A DNA stretch of 56,259 nt from Pirellulales bacterium (GTDB lineage: Bacteria > Planctomycetota > Planctomycetia > Pirellulales > JAIMBC01). The translations under genes and the position numbers were made by a program. How positions within the stretch are numbered: the stretch's first letter is position 1; every line of letters starts with the position of its first letter. Positions 1 to 10,056 of the stretch are shown here, one piece after another. The stretch is from assembly GCA_023511675.1 (NCBI GenBank), contig JAIMBC010000003.1, positions 1 to 56,259 of the forward strand, written 5' to 3'. Under the pieces are notes generated by a model. The model did not search any database. It worked only from the letters and a program-made list of their open reading frames with translations, and was not told the origin of the DNA.

Positions 1-395
1 ATCCAGCACTGGTCGGTACTGTCCATACAGCACAGCAGTTCGTCCCGGGCGGTCACCTCAATGGCTGTTTTACCATACTCCCTCAGTTCGGACCGCACCA
101 CCACCCCGCCCAGTTGGTGCGCCATCAGATGCATGCCGTAGCAGATCCCCAGGATGGGTATCCCCAGGTCATAAATTGCGGGGTCACAGGAGGGCGCCCC
201 ATCTTCATACACGCTGGACGGTCCCCCGGAAAAAACAATACCCCTGGGATTCTTCGACTTTATTTCCGGCAGGGGTGTGTTAAAAGGGAGCATTTCACAA
301 AAAACCTTCAGCTCCCGGATGCGCCTGGCGATTAACTGGCTGTACTGCCCGCCGAAATCAAGCACTATCACCATTTCCCGTTCAAGATCACTCAT
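1..395 (-). CDS. guaA: GMP synthase (glutamine-hydrolysing), N-terminal glutamine amidotransferase part; runs off the window edge
   Basis: Not in the ORF track. Manual minus-strand translation from ATG at 395: [34 protein letters not shown]...[16 protein letters not shown]...[18 protein letters not shown]. DFGxQY, SGGP and GICYG are GuaA class-I GATase motifs. GGAGGT RBS upstream. Confidence 0.95.
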   Translation of the reverse strand, partial: MSDLEREMVIVLDFGGQYSQLIARRIRELKVFCEMLPFNTPLPEIKSKNPRGIVFSGGPSSVYEDGAPSCDPAIYDLGIPILGICYGMHLMAHQLGGVVVRSELREYGKTAIEVTARDELLCCMDSTDQCW

Positions 396-411
396 TTCGG
401 GCTACCTCCGT

Positions 412-954
412 TTATCCGTTGGAATACTTACCGGGTTTAAGCACCGCTATTTCCCTGAGATTTCTGTATTGTTCGCCGTAGTCAAGGCCGTACCCCACCA
501 CGAACTTATCGGGTATGGCAAACCCGTTGTAGTCGGGAACCACATCCGTCTTCCGGCGGGACGGCTTGTCCAGCAAGGTACATATTTTAAGGCTGGCCGG
601 CTTCCTGGTGGAAAGGTTATCCAGCATATACTTCAATGTCAGCCCGGAATCCACAATATCCTCCACCAGTAAAACATGCCTGCCCTCTATGCTCTGGTCC
701 AGGTCCTTCAGTATCTTGACCACCCCGGACGATTCGCTGGCCTTGCCGTAGCTGGAAACGGCCATGAAATCTATGGCCAGCGGCACCGTTATGTGCCTGA
801 TCAGATCCGCCATAAAGACGACGGCCCCTTTAAGAATTCCTACCACCAGGATCTCATATCCGCGGTAATCTTCGGAAATTCTCTTGCCAAGCTCATCCAC
901 CTTTTGGGCAATCTGTTCTTCCGTCAGCAGGATTTCCTGTATGTCGGGATGCAA
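412..954 (-). CDS. hpt: Hypoxanthine phosphoribosyltransferase
   Basis: Motifs GILKGA, VLLVEDIVDSGLTL (PRPP-binding), LLDKPSRR and FVVGYGLDY. Likely start is TTG at 954 (MHPDIQEILL), downstream of GGAGGT; the ORF track starts at 966. Confidence 0.95.
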   Translation of the reverse strand: MHPDIQEILLTEEQIAQKVDELGKRISEDYRGYEILVVGILKGAVVFMADLIRHITVPLAIDFMAVSSYGKASESSGVVKILKDLDQSIEGRHVLLVEDIVDSGLTLKYMLDNLSTRKPASLKICTLLDKPSRRKTDVVPDYNGFAIPDKFVVGYGLDYGEQYRNLREIAVLKPGKYSNG

Positions 955-1007
955 TGTAAAAAACACCTCCGGCTTTTTCGTCGATACCTGTCTATTTTAC
1001 AAATCTT

Positions 1008-1036
1008 ATTATATACCACCGCCTGTCAGCTGTCAG
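1008..1036 (-). promoter_or_regulatory. Putative sigma-A promoter of hpt-guaA
   Basis: Minus strand reads CTGACA (1036-1031), 17 nt spacer, TATAAT (1013-1008), about 55 nt upstream of the hpt start. Confidence 0.6.
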
Positions 1037-1056
1037 CCTGCAGCAAACCTATTCCC

Positions 1057-1098
1057 AAAAAAGAAAAAAGAATTGGGGTAATTCATCACTTACCCCAA
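1057..1098 (-). terminator. Intrinsic terminator downstream of the 1112..1834 gene
   Basis: 9-bp stem TTGGGGTAA (1073-1081) / TTACCCCAA (1090-1098), followed on the minus strand by a long T-rich tail (complement of 1057-1072). Confidence 0.8.
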
Positions 1099-1111
1099 AT
1101 TTCCAACTGTT

Positions 1112-1834
1112 TTACTTGCTCTCTATGCTTTTCTCCAGGGGGGGATTGATTTTTATTTTTTCATTGAAATCTCTGAATCGCATTTCCACCGCCAGACCTT
1201 CGGACCCGCCGGGTATGTAGGCCTGCATGGAAGCTTTGCGGATCAGTTTTTTCCCGGGATCTATCCATACCCTGTACTTGAACTCGCTGTATTTATTCTC
1301 CAGGAACGGGTTAACCACGTTGGGCTTTAATTCCAGGACCACGGTCTTTTCCCCGTCCACCTTTTCGCTGCCCAGCTTTTTGATGACGGGGATATCCTTG
1401 AACTTAAACAGGCCCAGCGGGTTAAACTCGGTGATGAACAGTTCGGACTGCGCCAGGGAGTTTCCCTTCAGGGTGAACCACCTGTCGGACCAGGGGTCCT
1501 TCATATAGGTGGTGTCCTCGATCTGGATGAATTCCATCTGGGATTTCTGCATCGCTCCCTTGATATGGACCCTGTCGGGCTCAACCCGCTCCCCTTCAAC
1601 CAGTATAATGGTGTCCTTGCCGCCCTGTTTGACCTCAACGCTGTAGCGGTAGCTGGAACAGGCCAGGGTATTATCCAGGGCTTTATTAAACAAGTCCTTT
1701 TCCGATCCGGTGAAATTGCTCAAAAGCGACGATCCCCACCACAGAACGATCAATAAAACCGCCGCCGCCACGGCAGACGGAAAGATGCGTCTCCTGTTCA
1801 ACACGTACCAGCGCGGCCAAAGCAATAACTTCAC
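1112..1834 (-). CDS. Hypothetical membrane-anchored exported protein, possibly LolA/LppX-like fold
   Basis: 240-aa ORF with an N-terminal hydrophobic anchor (AVAAAVLLIVLWWG). The beta-rich body ends in ...VWIDPGKKLIRK...FRDFNEKIKINPP, a pattern typical of LppX/LolA-like lipoproteins. The fold call is inference. Confidence 0.6.
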   Translation of the reverse strand: MKLLLWPRWYVLNRRRIFPSAVAAAVLLIVLWWGSSLLSNFTGSEKDLFNKALDNTLACSSYRYSVEVKQGGKDTIILVEGERVEPDRVHIKGAMQKSQMEFIQIEDTTYMKDPWSDRWFTLKGNSLAQSELFITEFNPLGLFKFKDIPVIKKLGSEKVDGEKTVVLELKPNVVNPFLENKYSEFKYRVWIDPGKKLIRKASMQAYIPGGSEGLAVEMRFRDFNEKIKINPPLEKSIESK

Positions 1835-1998
1835 CCCCGATCATCCATTACCAAATATATACTTGAAAGTCAGCTTAAATATGTATGTGGTATGATTTAC
1901 CATAAACTAAACATGCTTTTCTAATAAAATATAAAGTGGAATAAGAGCCAAAAAACTGATAAAATTATGTAGCTTGAGTTTTCAACGGGGTGAAATTT

Positions 1999-2322
1999 TT
2001 GGATATCAAGGACATGCAAGCCGATGTGGACCGCTGGATAGGACAGTTTGAAGAGGGTTACTGGCACCCGCTGTCAATGCTGGCCAAGCTTACCGAGGAA
2101 GTAGGGGAACTGGCCAGGGAGGTTAACCACCTGTTTGGCGAAAAGCCCAAAAAGCCGGATGAACCGCCGGGCGACTTGGCTCTGGAGCTGGCCGACATAT
2201 TATTCATTATTATTTGTTATGCCAATTCTTTAAATATTGACCTGGAGGAGGCCTTTAACCGCACCATGGCCAAGTACCGCCAGAGAGACAGTGAAAGGTG
2301 GACGCCCAAAAGCGGGAATTAG
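1999..2322 (+). CDS. ypjD: YpjD-family MazG-like nucleotide pyrophosphohydrolase
   Basis: Motifs GYWHPLSMLAKLTEEVGELAREVNH..GEKPKK and ELADILF (all-alpha NTP-PPase EExxE). Likely start is TTG at 1999 after GGGGTGA; the ORF track starts at 1990. Confidence 0.85.
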   Translation: MDIKDMQADVDRWIGQFEEGYWHPLSMLAKLTEEVGELAREVNHLFGEKPKKPDEPPGDLALELADILFIIICYANSLNIDLEEAFNRTMAKYRQRDSERWTPKSGN

Positions 2323-2371
2323 GAATTGGAAATCAATTCCGGACCCTGAATAACAGCTAAGGAGGATACGA

Positions 2372-2673
2372 ATGGCTACGATTATCCCTTTCAGGGGAAT
2401 CCGGTACAACCCCGATAAAATAAAAAACCTGGCCGACGTGGTAACACCCCCTTACGACGTTATCGATGCAGCCGCCCAGGACCGCTACTACCGGAAGCAT
2501 CCCTACAACATAATCCGCCTGGAATACGGAAAGATCTTTGACGGCGACGGCCCCGGCGACAACCGCTATACCAGGGCGGCGGCCTTCTACCGGGACTGGC
2601 TGAAGGAAAACGTACTGGTGCAGGAAAAGGACCGCGCCCTCTACCTATACGAGCAGGAGTTCACCGCCGGCGG
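2372..2673 (+). CDS. DUF1015-family protein, 5' fragment only (cut at the sequence junction)
   Basis: MATIIPFRGIRYN...VVTPPYDVI...PYNIIRLE...ALYLYEQEF is the DUF1015 N-terminus, with AAGGAGG RBS. After ...EFTAGG the translation becomes low-quality Arg/Gly/Cys-rich text, so the ORF-track end at 3217 is spurious. Confidence 0.85.
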
Positions 2674-2794
2674 CATCTGGGGGAGATGCGGGGGCGGCCT
2701 GGGCAGCAGACAGCTCCTCATTGGCCGTGGCGTGGAGCGTGCCACCGAGTCCCAGAGCGGCCAGCATCAGACAGGCCACCAGCAGCAGCGGCAT
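2674..2794 (-). CDS. N-terminal signal-peptide fragment of an exported planctomycete protein, truncated at the junction; start uncertain
   Basis: MPLLLVACLMLAALGLGGTLHATANEELSAAQAAPASPPD reads as a signal peptide plus linker. It lies on the same strand downstream of DUF1501 and loses coherence at about 2673. Confidence 0.4.
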
Positions 2795-3230
2795 GTCCCA
2801 GCCCTTTGTGCGGCACTCTGGCAGGGACCGCACGCACCGCGCCGCCGGAGACAGCGCTTCCACCGCAGAAGGGCGGCGCAACGCCGCAGCTTTAGAAGCT
2901 GCCGTTACACCTCGTTCGCGGCGCCACGTCACATCCAGTGCGCCATGTGTCCTTGTGGCTGCGTGCATGCTGGTGGTTCCTGTATGGCGAGAAGCAAATG
3001 TCGCTCGGGGGGGCGGCACGCAGCGGCCATGCCCTGCCACACGATCGTGCGATCGCGCTGCGGGACGGCGTGCGCCCTGAGCATGATGGCTAGAACACAG
3101 CAAGGCGGGGAAGGCGTGCAGGCAATCTGTGACAGACGGGCCGCCTTACCGGCCAAGGGCGGCCGCTTCCACGGCAGGCATGTGGGTCATCCAGGCGCGG
3201 GGGGAACATGCAAGTAGCGGGCAGCCCTGT

Positions 3231-4607
3231 CTAGAATAGTTCCTTGATCTCGTGCTTACCCGTATCGACCAGCGGGAATGGCCGCTGCTGGGGACCCGGC
3301 AGCGTCGTCTCCAGATCCAGTCCCAGGCTGTGATAGATGGTGGCCACAACCTCCGCCGGTTCCACAGGCCGCTCGGCGGGCACCGCGCCGATCGGATCGC
3401 TACGGCCCACCACGCGACCTCCCTGCACGCCCCCGCCCGCAAAGTAGACCGTCCAGCATTGCGGCCAGTGGTCCCGGCCTCCCGCTGGATTCACACGCGG
3501 CGTGCGGCCAAACTCGGCCAGATTGCAAACGAGCGTGCTCTCCAGCAGCCCGCGAGCAGCCAGATCTTCCAGCAGCGCCGTGTAGCCCTGATCGTACATC
3601 GGCGCCACGATGTCTCGCATGCCCTCGATCGAGGTGAACGGCTTCGAACCGTGGATATCCCAGGTGATCTCGTCGAATACCGTAATGAACGTGTTGATCG
3701 TCACAAACCGCACCCCGGCCTCGATCAGCCGACGGGCCAGCAGGCAGCACTGGCCGAAGCGCGTCATGCCATACCGCTCGCGCACCTCTTGCGGCTCGCG
3801 CGACAAGTCGAACGCCTCGCGAGCCTGGGTGCTCGTCATCAGCCGAAACGCGGCCTGAAAGTTCTCGTCCAGCAGTTCCGCGCTGTTGCTCGCCTCGAAG
3901 CTCTTGACGGTTTGGTCCACAATCTCACGCAGGCGGCGGCGGCGGTCCAACCGTACTTCCCCGATCTGCGGAGGCGGCAACAAATCCGGCACCTGAAAGT
4001 TGGGCTGAGAGGGGTCGGCCATCAGCACAAAGGGGTCGTACGCCTTGCCCAGGAAGCCTGCGTCCTGGCCGTGGGGCAAGTTGCCGCCCGTGCGGCCCAT
4101 GGGCTCAGGCAAGATCACATGGGGCGGCAAGTCCGACTTGCGGCCGCGCAGATACGCCAGGGCACAGCCGGCGTGCGGGCTGTTAATGCCGCCGGTAAAC
4201 AGCCGGCCGGTCTGCATCATCTGGTGGCCCGTATCATGTACGGCTGCCGCCGTGTGGTAGCAGCTTCGCACCAGGGAATACTTGTCCGCATGCTGGGCCA
4301 TGCGGGGAAAGATTTCCGAGATCTGGATGCCCGGGGCGTTGGTTTGCACGGCCTTGAAGGGGCCGCGGATCTCGACCGGGGCCTCCGGTTTGGGATCCCA
4401 TGTGTCAAGCTGGCTGGGGGCGCCCAGGTTGAAAATCATGATCACCGAGCGGTCGTCATGGCCGTCGGCAACTTTGCCCTGGGCCTTGGCAGCCATCAGG
4501 TCGGTAAGGGTCAGTCCCACGGCGCCCAGGGCACCAGCCTGGAGGAAATCGCGTCGAGAAATACCGTCGCAAGTACGGCCTGAGCCGGCTCCCGTCACGT
4601 GCAACAT
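3231..4607 (-). CDS. DUF1501 domain-containing protein (Tat-like signal)
   Basis: CDGISRRDFLQAG twin-arginine leader; GAPSQLDTWDPKP, YGMTRFGQCCLLARRLIEAGVRFV, WDIHG, EFGRTPRVN..GGRDHWP motifs. AGGAGA RBS. Confidence 0.92.
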   Translation of the reverse strand: MLHVTGAGSGRTCDGISRRDFLQAGALGAVGLTLTDLMAAKAQGKVADGHDDRSVIMIFNLGAPSQLDTWDPKPEAPVEIRGPFKAVQTNAPGIQISEIFPRMAQHADKYSLVRSCYHTAAAVHDTGHQMMQTGRLFTGGINSPHAGCALAYLRGRKSDLPPHVILPEPMGRTGGNLPHGQDAGFLGKAYDPFVLMADPSQPNFQVPDLLPPPQIGEVRLDRRRRLREIVDQTVKSFEASNSAELLDENFQAAFRLMTSTQAREAFDLSREPQEVRERYGMTRFGQCCLLARRLIEAGVRFVTINTFITVFDEITWDIHGSKPFTSIEGMRDIVAPMYDQGYTALLEDLAARGLLESTLVCNLAEFGRTPRVNPAGGRDHWPQCWTVYFAGGGVQGGRVVGRSDPIGAVPAERPVEPAEVVATIYHSLGLDLETTLPGPQQRPFPLVDTGKHEIKELF

Positions 4608-5109
4608 GGCGCACTCTCCTTGTGGCTCGGCAGGCAGCCTCGACCCGCCGGCAATGCTGCTACGATGCTAACGCGCCGGGGGGAGAAGATCAACCGGTCG
4701 CAGGTTCCGCGCGGTGCCAGAACCCCGCCCTGCAACGGCGGGCTGCGCCTTTCTCTGCCGCTCTGGGCCACGGGCTACTCGAACGCTTTGCTGCGACACG
4801 CCGCTGGGATGGCATGGCCCGCCTGCCTGCGTCCGCCGCACTGCGTAGCCCCGCCGCTGGGCAAGGCCGAAGGGCCAGCGAGCAATCGCGGGGCGCTAGT
4901 TCAGCTTGCTCCCCTGCTCCACTCGGCCAGGTAACGGCCGCCAGGCGTCGCCTGCCCGGGTGGGGGTATGTCCGGCTGTTGGTCTATCCTCTTCGTCTCG
5001 TAACCTTGGGGAACTTCTGGCATCTCCATGCGTCAAAATGTACGGTGTGGTAGGCGCACGCTGCTGTGCCTACAGACGGCCCGTTGGACTGCGTGAGGAG
5101 GATCGTGCC

Positions 5110-7257
5110 ATGAACCCTCTAGCGAAACCGAGGTCGACCGAGCATGCTTGCCCACGCCGGAAAGCTTGCCTGGACAGGCCGGCGCGTGCGGGGGGCACAA
5201 CGAGTTGGGGGAGTTGCGTTGCCGCCCAGGTCTTGCTGGCCGCAGGTGTGCTGATACCGGCGGCGACGGCCCTGGCCCAGGACAGCGGTCAGGCCCAGTT
5301 GCCGCTCAGCCGGGTGGTGCTGTTCAGCTCCGGCGTAGGCTTCTTCGAGCATCAGGGAGAGGTCGAAGGTTCGGCCCGCGTCGAGCTGCGGTTCAACGTC
5401 AGCGACGTGAACGACCTGCTCAAGAGCATGGTGCTGATGGACCACGGCGGCGGGCAGATCGGCGCCGTCACGTACGGTTCGAAGGATCCCATCACCAAGA
5501 CGCTCAAGACCTTCGCGGTGGACCTGACGGAGAATCCGACCCTGGCGCAGTTGCTCGCGCAGGTGCGTGGCGAACGGGTGGTGATCGAGGCGGGCTCGCG
5601 GATTGAGGGGACGATTCTAGGTATCGAGGTCCGAAAGCAACCGCTCGGGGAGGCCGTGACCGAGGTAGAAGTGCTCAACCTGCTTACAGATCAGGGGCTG
5701 CGCAGCATCCCGCTGGCGGGCGTGACGACCATCCGCCTGGCAGACGAGCGGCTGAATGCCGAGCTGCGGCAGGCTCTGAGCGTGCTTGCCCTGGGGCACG
5801 CCACGGAGAAAAAGACGGTGGTGCTGAACTTCACCGGCCAGGGCCGGCGCGAGGTACAGGTTGGTTACATCCAGGAGGCTCCCATCTGGAAGACCAGCTA
5901 TCGGTTGGTGCTCGAGGACGATGCCCCGCCGCACCTGCAAGGTTGGGCCATTGTCGAGAATACGACCGAAACAGACTGGAACAATGTGGCGCTCACCTTG
6001 GTGAGCGGCCGGCCGATCTCGTTTGTCATGAACCTGTACGATCCGCTCTACGTACCCAGGCCGGTGGTGGAGCCGGAACTCTTCGCCAGCCTGCGGCCCC
6101 AGAAGTACCAGCAGGATCTGGCCGCGGCCGAGGCGGAGTTCCGCAAACAGGCCGACGGGGCTAATGCCCAACCGGCGGCCCCCGCGGACAAGCTAGCGGC
6201 CGGCCGTGCCTTGCGCCGCAATCGTGCCGCAGAGGCCACAGGCAGGGCCGGTGCTCTCGACCTCCGGCAAGGCGTGCGCTCGCTGGCGGAAGCAACGGAG
6301 GCGGGCGAACTCTTCCAGTACCGCATCGAGGGCGGGGTCACCCTCGCTCGGCAGCAGTCTGCCATGTTGCCCATCGTCAACGAGTCCGTGGAGGGAGAAA
6401 AAGTCTCCATTTTCAACCCGGCCGTGCACCCCAAGCACCCGCTCAACGGCTTGCAGCTTGTCAACTCGACGGAGCTGCACCTGATGCAAGGGCCCATCAC
6501 CGTCTTCGATGGCGGGACCTACGCCGGCGATGCACAAATCGAAGACCTGGCCCCGGGCACACGCCGCCTGATCAGTTACGCCCTGGATCTGGACACGGAG
6601 GTCGTCGCCCAATCGACAGGCAGCAGCGATCTGCTGGTAAGCTGCAAGCTCACCAAGGGCCTGCTGCTCTCCACACGCAAGCTGGCACGCTCGCAGACCT
6701 ACACGGTCAAGAATTCCGGACGGCGGCAGAAGAAGGTGCTCATCGAGCAGCCCTACGACTCTCTCTGGAAGCTCATCGAGCCTCAGCAGCCCGCGGAGCA
6801 GACGCGAGACCTGTACCGCTTTGCGGTTATGGCCCAACCGGGCAAGCCCGTAGAGCTGAAAGTGTCTGAAGAACGCCGGCTCGACGAGCGCGTCGCCCTC
6901 AACAACCTGGACGACAACACCATCAACATCTACCTCAACGCCCCCGTTGTCAGCCAGGCAGTCAAGGACGCCCTGGGGGAGATCATTCGGCGCAAGCGAG
7001 AGATTGCAGAAATCGTCCAGGCCAGACAGAACGCAGAGCAGCAGATTGCCATCGTCGATCAGGAGCAGGCCCGCATCAGGCAGAACATGGCCCAGTTGGA
7101 ACGCAACTCGGAGCTGTATAACCGCTACGTGCAGAAGTTCTCCGAACAGGAGGATCGCGTCGAGCAGCTCCGCCAGCAAATCGCGCGGCTTACCGAGCGC
7201 GAGCAAGCGCTGCGCAAGGCGTTGGACGACTACTTGCTGCGCCTCGAGGTCGAATAG
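5110..7257 (+). CDS. DUF4139-family exported protein with C-terminal coiled coil
   Basis: LPLSRVVLFSSGVGFFEH, VNDLLKS, PIWKTSYRL, LQGWAIVENTT..DW..V.LTLVSGRP. ATG at 5110 follows GAGGAG. Hydrophobic signal VLLAAGVLIPAATALA. Heptad-rich C-terminus. Confidence 0.85.
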   Translation: MNPLAKPRSTEHACPRRKACLDRPARAGGTTSWGSCVAAQVLLAAGVLIPAATALAQDSGQAQLPLSRVVLFSSGVGFFEHQGEVEGSARVELRFNVSDVNDLLKSMVLMDHGGGQIGAVTYGSKDPITKTLKTFAVDLTENPTLAQLLAQVRGERVVIEAGSRIEGTILGIEVRKQPLGEAVTEVEVLNLLTDQGLRSIPLAGVTTIRLADERLNAELRQALSVLALGHATEKKTVVLNFTGQGRREVQVGYIQEAPIWKTSYRLVLEDDAPPHLQGWAIVENTTETDWNNVALTLVSGRPISFVMNLYDPLYVPRPVVEPELFASLRPQKYQQDLAAAEAEFRKQADGANAQPAAPADKLAAGRALRRNRAAEATGRAGALDLRQGVRSLAEATEAGELFQYRIEGGVTLARQQSAMLPIVNESVEGEKVSIFNPAVHPKHPLNGLQLVNSTELHLMQGPITVFDGGTYAGDAQIEDLAPGTRRLISYALDLDTEVVAQSTGSSDLLVSCKLTKGLLLSTRKLARSQTYTVKNSGRRQKKVLIEQPYDSLWKLIEPQQPAEQTRDLYRFAVMAQPGKPVELKVSEERRLDERVALNNLDDNTINIYLNAPVVSQAVKDALGEIIRRKREIAEIVQARQNAEQQIAIVDQEQARIRQNMAQLERNSELYNRYVQKFSEQEDRVEQLRQQIARLTEREQALRKALDDYLLRLEVE

Positions 7258-7465
7258 CGCACCCTCGTGCTTGTATGTCCGCTGGATGCGGTTCCCGTGG
7301 CGCCATCGCCCGGAGCCGCCCCCAGGTCGTGCAGGCATGGTCGCTGGCTTGGGCCGTTGTGCTTTCGCCCCTGCCCCTTCACGGCACCAGCAGAGAGCCT
7401 GAATACCTTGTTACACCTCAAGGGGGTGAAGGTACCTGCGCCAAATCGAAACGCCCTGCCCCTTC

Positions 7466-7921
7466 TCACAGGCCATCCGGCTGCGCAGTCGGCGGGGCCT
7501 GCCCTTGAGCGCCCCTGGCCTCCTGCCTGCGGCGTGCGTCCAGCGCACTGGCAAAGACGCCTCCGGCAAGAGCACAGAGGAGCAGCACGTTGCAATTCAG
7601 CGGAATATACGGCGATGATTCAGGCAGCCGCGTCTTCAACCATTCCGCGAGCGCATAGGGCAACAAGTTTACCCAATCGCTGTAGGAGAGCGTGGGTAGC
7701 AGGTAGTATAACCAACCTACCGAAGCAAATCCGATCCAGAATGCGCGGCTGGACCGAGGCGCAAAGACCACCCCAAGCAAGGCCAGGGAAAGCGCTAGAA
7801 GCAGCAGCGTGTAAACCAGAGACGACCAGATGGGCGTGCGCGAGACGGCCGCGCCGAAACAAAGCCCGCAGTAGGCCATCACGCCCAGCGCGCCGGCCAA
7901 CGACATCTGCGATCGACTCAT
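7466..7921 (-). CDS. Hypothetical multi-pass membrane protein (planctomycete type)
   Basis: About four hydrophobic segments and RAFWIGFASVGWLY. The N-terminus SQMSLAGALGV resembles planctomycete 'QFSLRxLL' leaders. Start at 7921 is inferred. Confidence 0.6.
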   Translation of the reverse strand: MSRSQMSLAGALGVMAYCGLCFGAAVSRTPIWSSLVYTLLLLALSLALLGVVFAPRSSRAFWIGFASVGWLYYLLPTLSYSDWVNLLPYALAEWLKTRLPESSPYIPLNCNVLLLCALAGGVFASALDARRRQEARGAQGQAPPTAQPDGL

Positions 7922-8248
7922 TATCCAACGCGCCTTAGCGTCGACCTGAGTGAGCCGCATCCCATCGCCGGCTTGGTTGCCCGGCGAATTGCAGCGTATC
8001 GAACGCGCGCACCAATGTAAAGCAGCAGATGCATGCACCCGCGGCTGGGGGGCCATGTCCGCCGTCTCGCTGGAGCTGGAGTCCTCGCCGCAACCAACGC
8101 TCATCGAGGCAGGCCACAACCCGCAATCTCGAGCAAGCTGGCGAGCCGTTCGAGCGTGGTGTGGGTGCCGGATGAAGGCGCAGCGTGCGCAGCTACAAGT
8201 TTACGGCGTGCAGTGCATCGACTACACTCCCTGCTGGAGGTACCGACC

Positions 8249-9616
8249 ATGCTTGCGAGACGCACCTGCACCGGTCCGCTGCCGCGGCGCGAGTTTCTGC
8301 GGGCGGGATGTCTGGCACTGGGAGGGATCACGCTGGCAGACGTGCTTGCCGCACGTGCAGCCGCCGGAGAGACCACGCGCGACACATCTGTGATCCTGCT
8401 GTACTTGCATGGCGGTCCCTCCCATCTGGAGACGTACGACCTCAAGCCTGAGGCGCCGCTGGAATATCGCAGCATCTTCCGACCCATCTGCACGAATGTG
8501 CCGGGCATGGACCTCTGCGAGCACTTCCCGCTCCAGGCACGCCTGGCGGACAAGCTGGCGCTGGTTCGTTCTGTGCACCACGAGATGAGCAGCCACAGCG
8601 ACGGCGGGATCGAGGTGCTCACGGGGAAGACTCCCACGCGGCCAGACCCGACGTCAACGTCGCGCAGCGAGCATCCGGACCTGGGGCACGTAGCATCGCG
8701 GCTGCGCGGGCTGCATGCCGACGGGCTGCCGCAGTATGTGGCGCTGCCTCAGAGGCTGTACATGACGCAGCCGGCGTACCTGGGCTTGGCACACAGTGCT
8801 TTTGCGGTGGGAGATCCTTCGAACCCCAGTTACGCGCCTCCCAACTTGCAGCTTGTGGCGGGCGTCGATGGCTCGCGGCTGGACGACCGCCGCGCGTTGC
8901 TGGAGCAGTTCGACCGTTTGCGGCGGGGCCTGGACTTGCAGGGCAGTTTGGAGGCGACGGACCGATTCCGGGCCACGGCCATGCAGATGCTCACCAGTTC
9001 TGCCGCCGCAGCGGCGTTCGACCTGAGTCGCGAGGAGGACGCCCTGCGTGACCGTTATGGGCGTCACCTCTGGGGCCAGGCATGCTTGCTCGCCCGACGG
9101 CTTGCCGAAGCCGGCACCGCCGTGATCACCATCTACATCGATACGCCCAGGACCGGCCAAGAATTCACCAACTGGGATGATCATATTCTGAATGCCGGAC
9201 GGCCGGGGCACTTCGGCCGGTACATGGAAATCCGCTTGCCTTACTTCGACCAGGCCCTGTCGGCACTGGTCGAAGACATCTATGCACGCGGCGTGGATCG
9301 GCAGATCATGGTGGTGGCCCTGGGCGAGTTTGGCCGCACGCCACGCCTTTCTCAGAACAGCCAGGGCGTGGGCCGCGATCACTGGCCACAGGCGCAAAGC
9401 GTGCTCTTTTCCGGCGGCGGCCTCAAAACAGGCCAGGTGGTGGGGGCGACCAATCGGAAGGGAGAGTATCCGACATCTCGCCCGCTCTCTCCCAAGGACG
9501 TACTGGCCACGATCTATCGCCACCTGGGCATCGACCTGCGGCACGAGCTGCACGACTTTTCCGGACGCCCCATAGCCGTTCTGCCCTGGGGCGAGCCGAT
9601 CGCCGAGCTGCTCTAA
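8249..9616 (+). CDS. DUF1501 domain-containing protein (Tat-like signal)
   Basis: CTGPLPRREFLRAG leader; LHGGPSHLETYDLKP, GQACLLARRLAEAG, NWDDH, GEFGRTPRL, GRDHWP. ATG at 8249 follows GGAGG. Confidence 0.92.
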   Translation: MLARRTCTGPLPRREFLRAGCLALGGITLADVLAARAAAGETTRDTSVILLYLHGGPSHLETYDLKPEAPLEYRSIFRPICTNVPGMDLCEHFPLQARLADKLALVRSVHHEMSSHSDGGIEVLTGKTPTRPDPTSTSRSEHPDLGHVASRLRGLHADGLPQYVALPQRLYMTQPAYLGLAHSAFAVGDPSNPSYAPPNLQLVAGVDGSRLDDRRALLEQFDRLRRGLDLQGSLEATDRFRATAMQMLTSSAAAAAFDLSREEDALRDRYGRHLWGQACLLARRLAEAGTAVITIYIDTPRTGQEFTNWDDHILNAGRPGHFGRYMEIRLPYFDQALSALVEDIYARGVDRQIMVVALGEFGRTPRLSQNSQGVGRDHWPQAQSVLFSGGGLKTGQVVGATNRKGEYPTSRPLSPKDVLATIYRHLGIDLRHELHDFSGRPIAVLPWGEPIAELL

Positions 9617-10056
9617 GGGCCTGTCCCCGAACGGATGGCCCAACCCAAACGGGCGGTGCATCTGGCGGCTGCCAGCCTCTGCTTCGACATGCCAAGCAGA
9701 CTCGCCGACCGTCCCCGGCCCACGCCGAAGCGGTCCAGCCGCATCAGGTGACGCCCTGACACGTGCCGGCGAAAGTGTTTCGGGGAAACTGCCGCCGCCA
9801 AAATGCCCATCCTGTTAACGAGTTCTTCGCCACACCTTCCGCCCTGCCTGGATCTCCCAGCTTGAAACATGCCAGAGATCACGAAGGCTCAGCCCTCACC
9901 GCATCTTGCAAATCTGCCCCCTTTTCCCATCCTTCCAGTTCTAAAGGTTTCACCTTACCGGTGGGGCAAACTTTGCCGAAAAAATGAAGAGTACCGAAGC
10001 AGAGGCCGATTCAACGCAGTTGAAGGGCTGTGCTTTTCTGCCCCCAAGGCCGGGCC

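Noticed and set aside
955-1007. Purine riboswitch upstream of hpt-guaA
   Set aside because: The leader after the predicted promoter is only about 45 nt and lacks the aptamer core.
1840-1900. Sporulation sigma-factor-like promoter (CATA-containing AT-rich motifs) upstream of the 1112..1834 gene
   Set aside because: The match is too loose in an AT-rich spacer to support by eye.
1-2673. Horizontally acquired low-GC island
   Set aside because: It consists of housekeeping genes and is cut mid-gene with no mobility genes. A contig join or chimera is more parsimonious.
2372-3217. 281-aa ORF read as a novel DUF1015 fusion protein
   Set aside because: The C-terminal part is read-through across the sequence junction into unrelated DNA.
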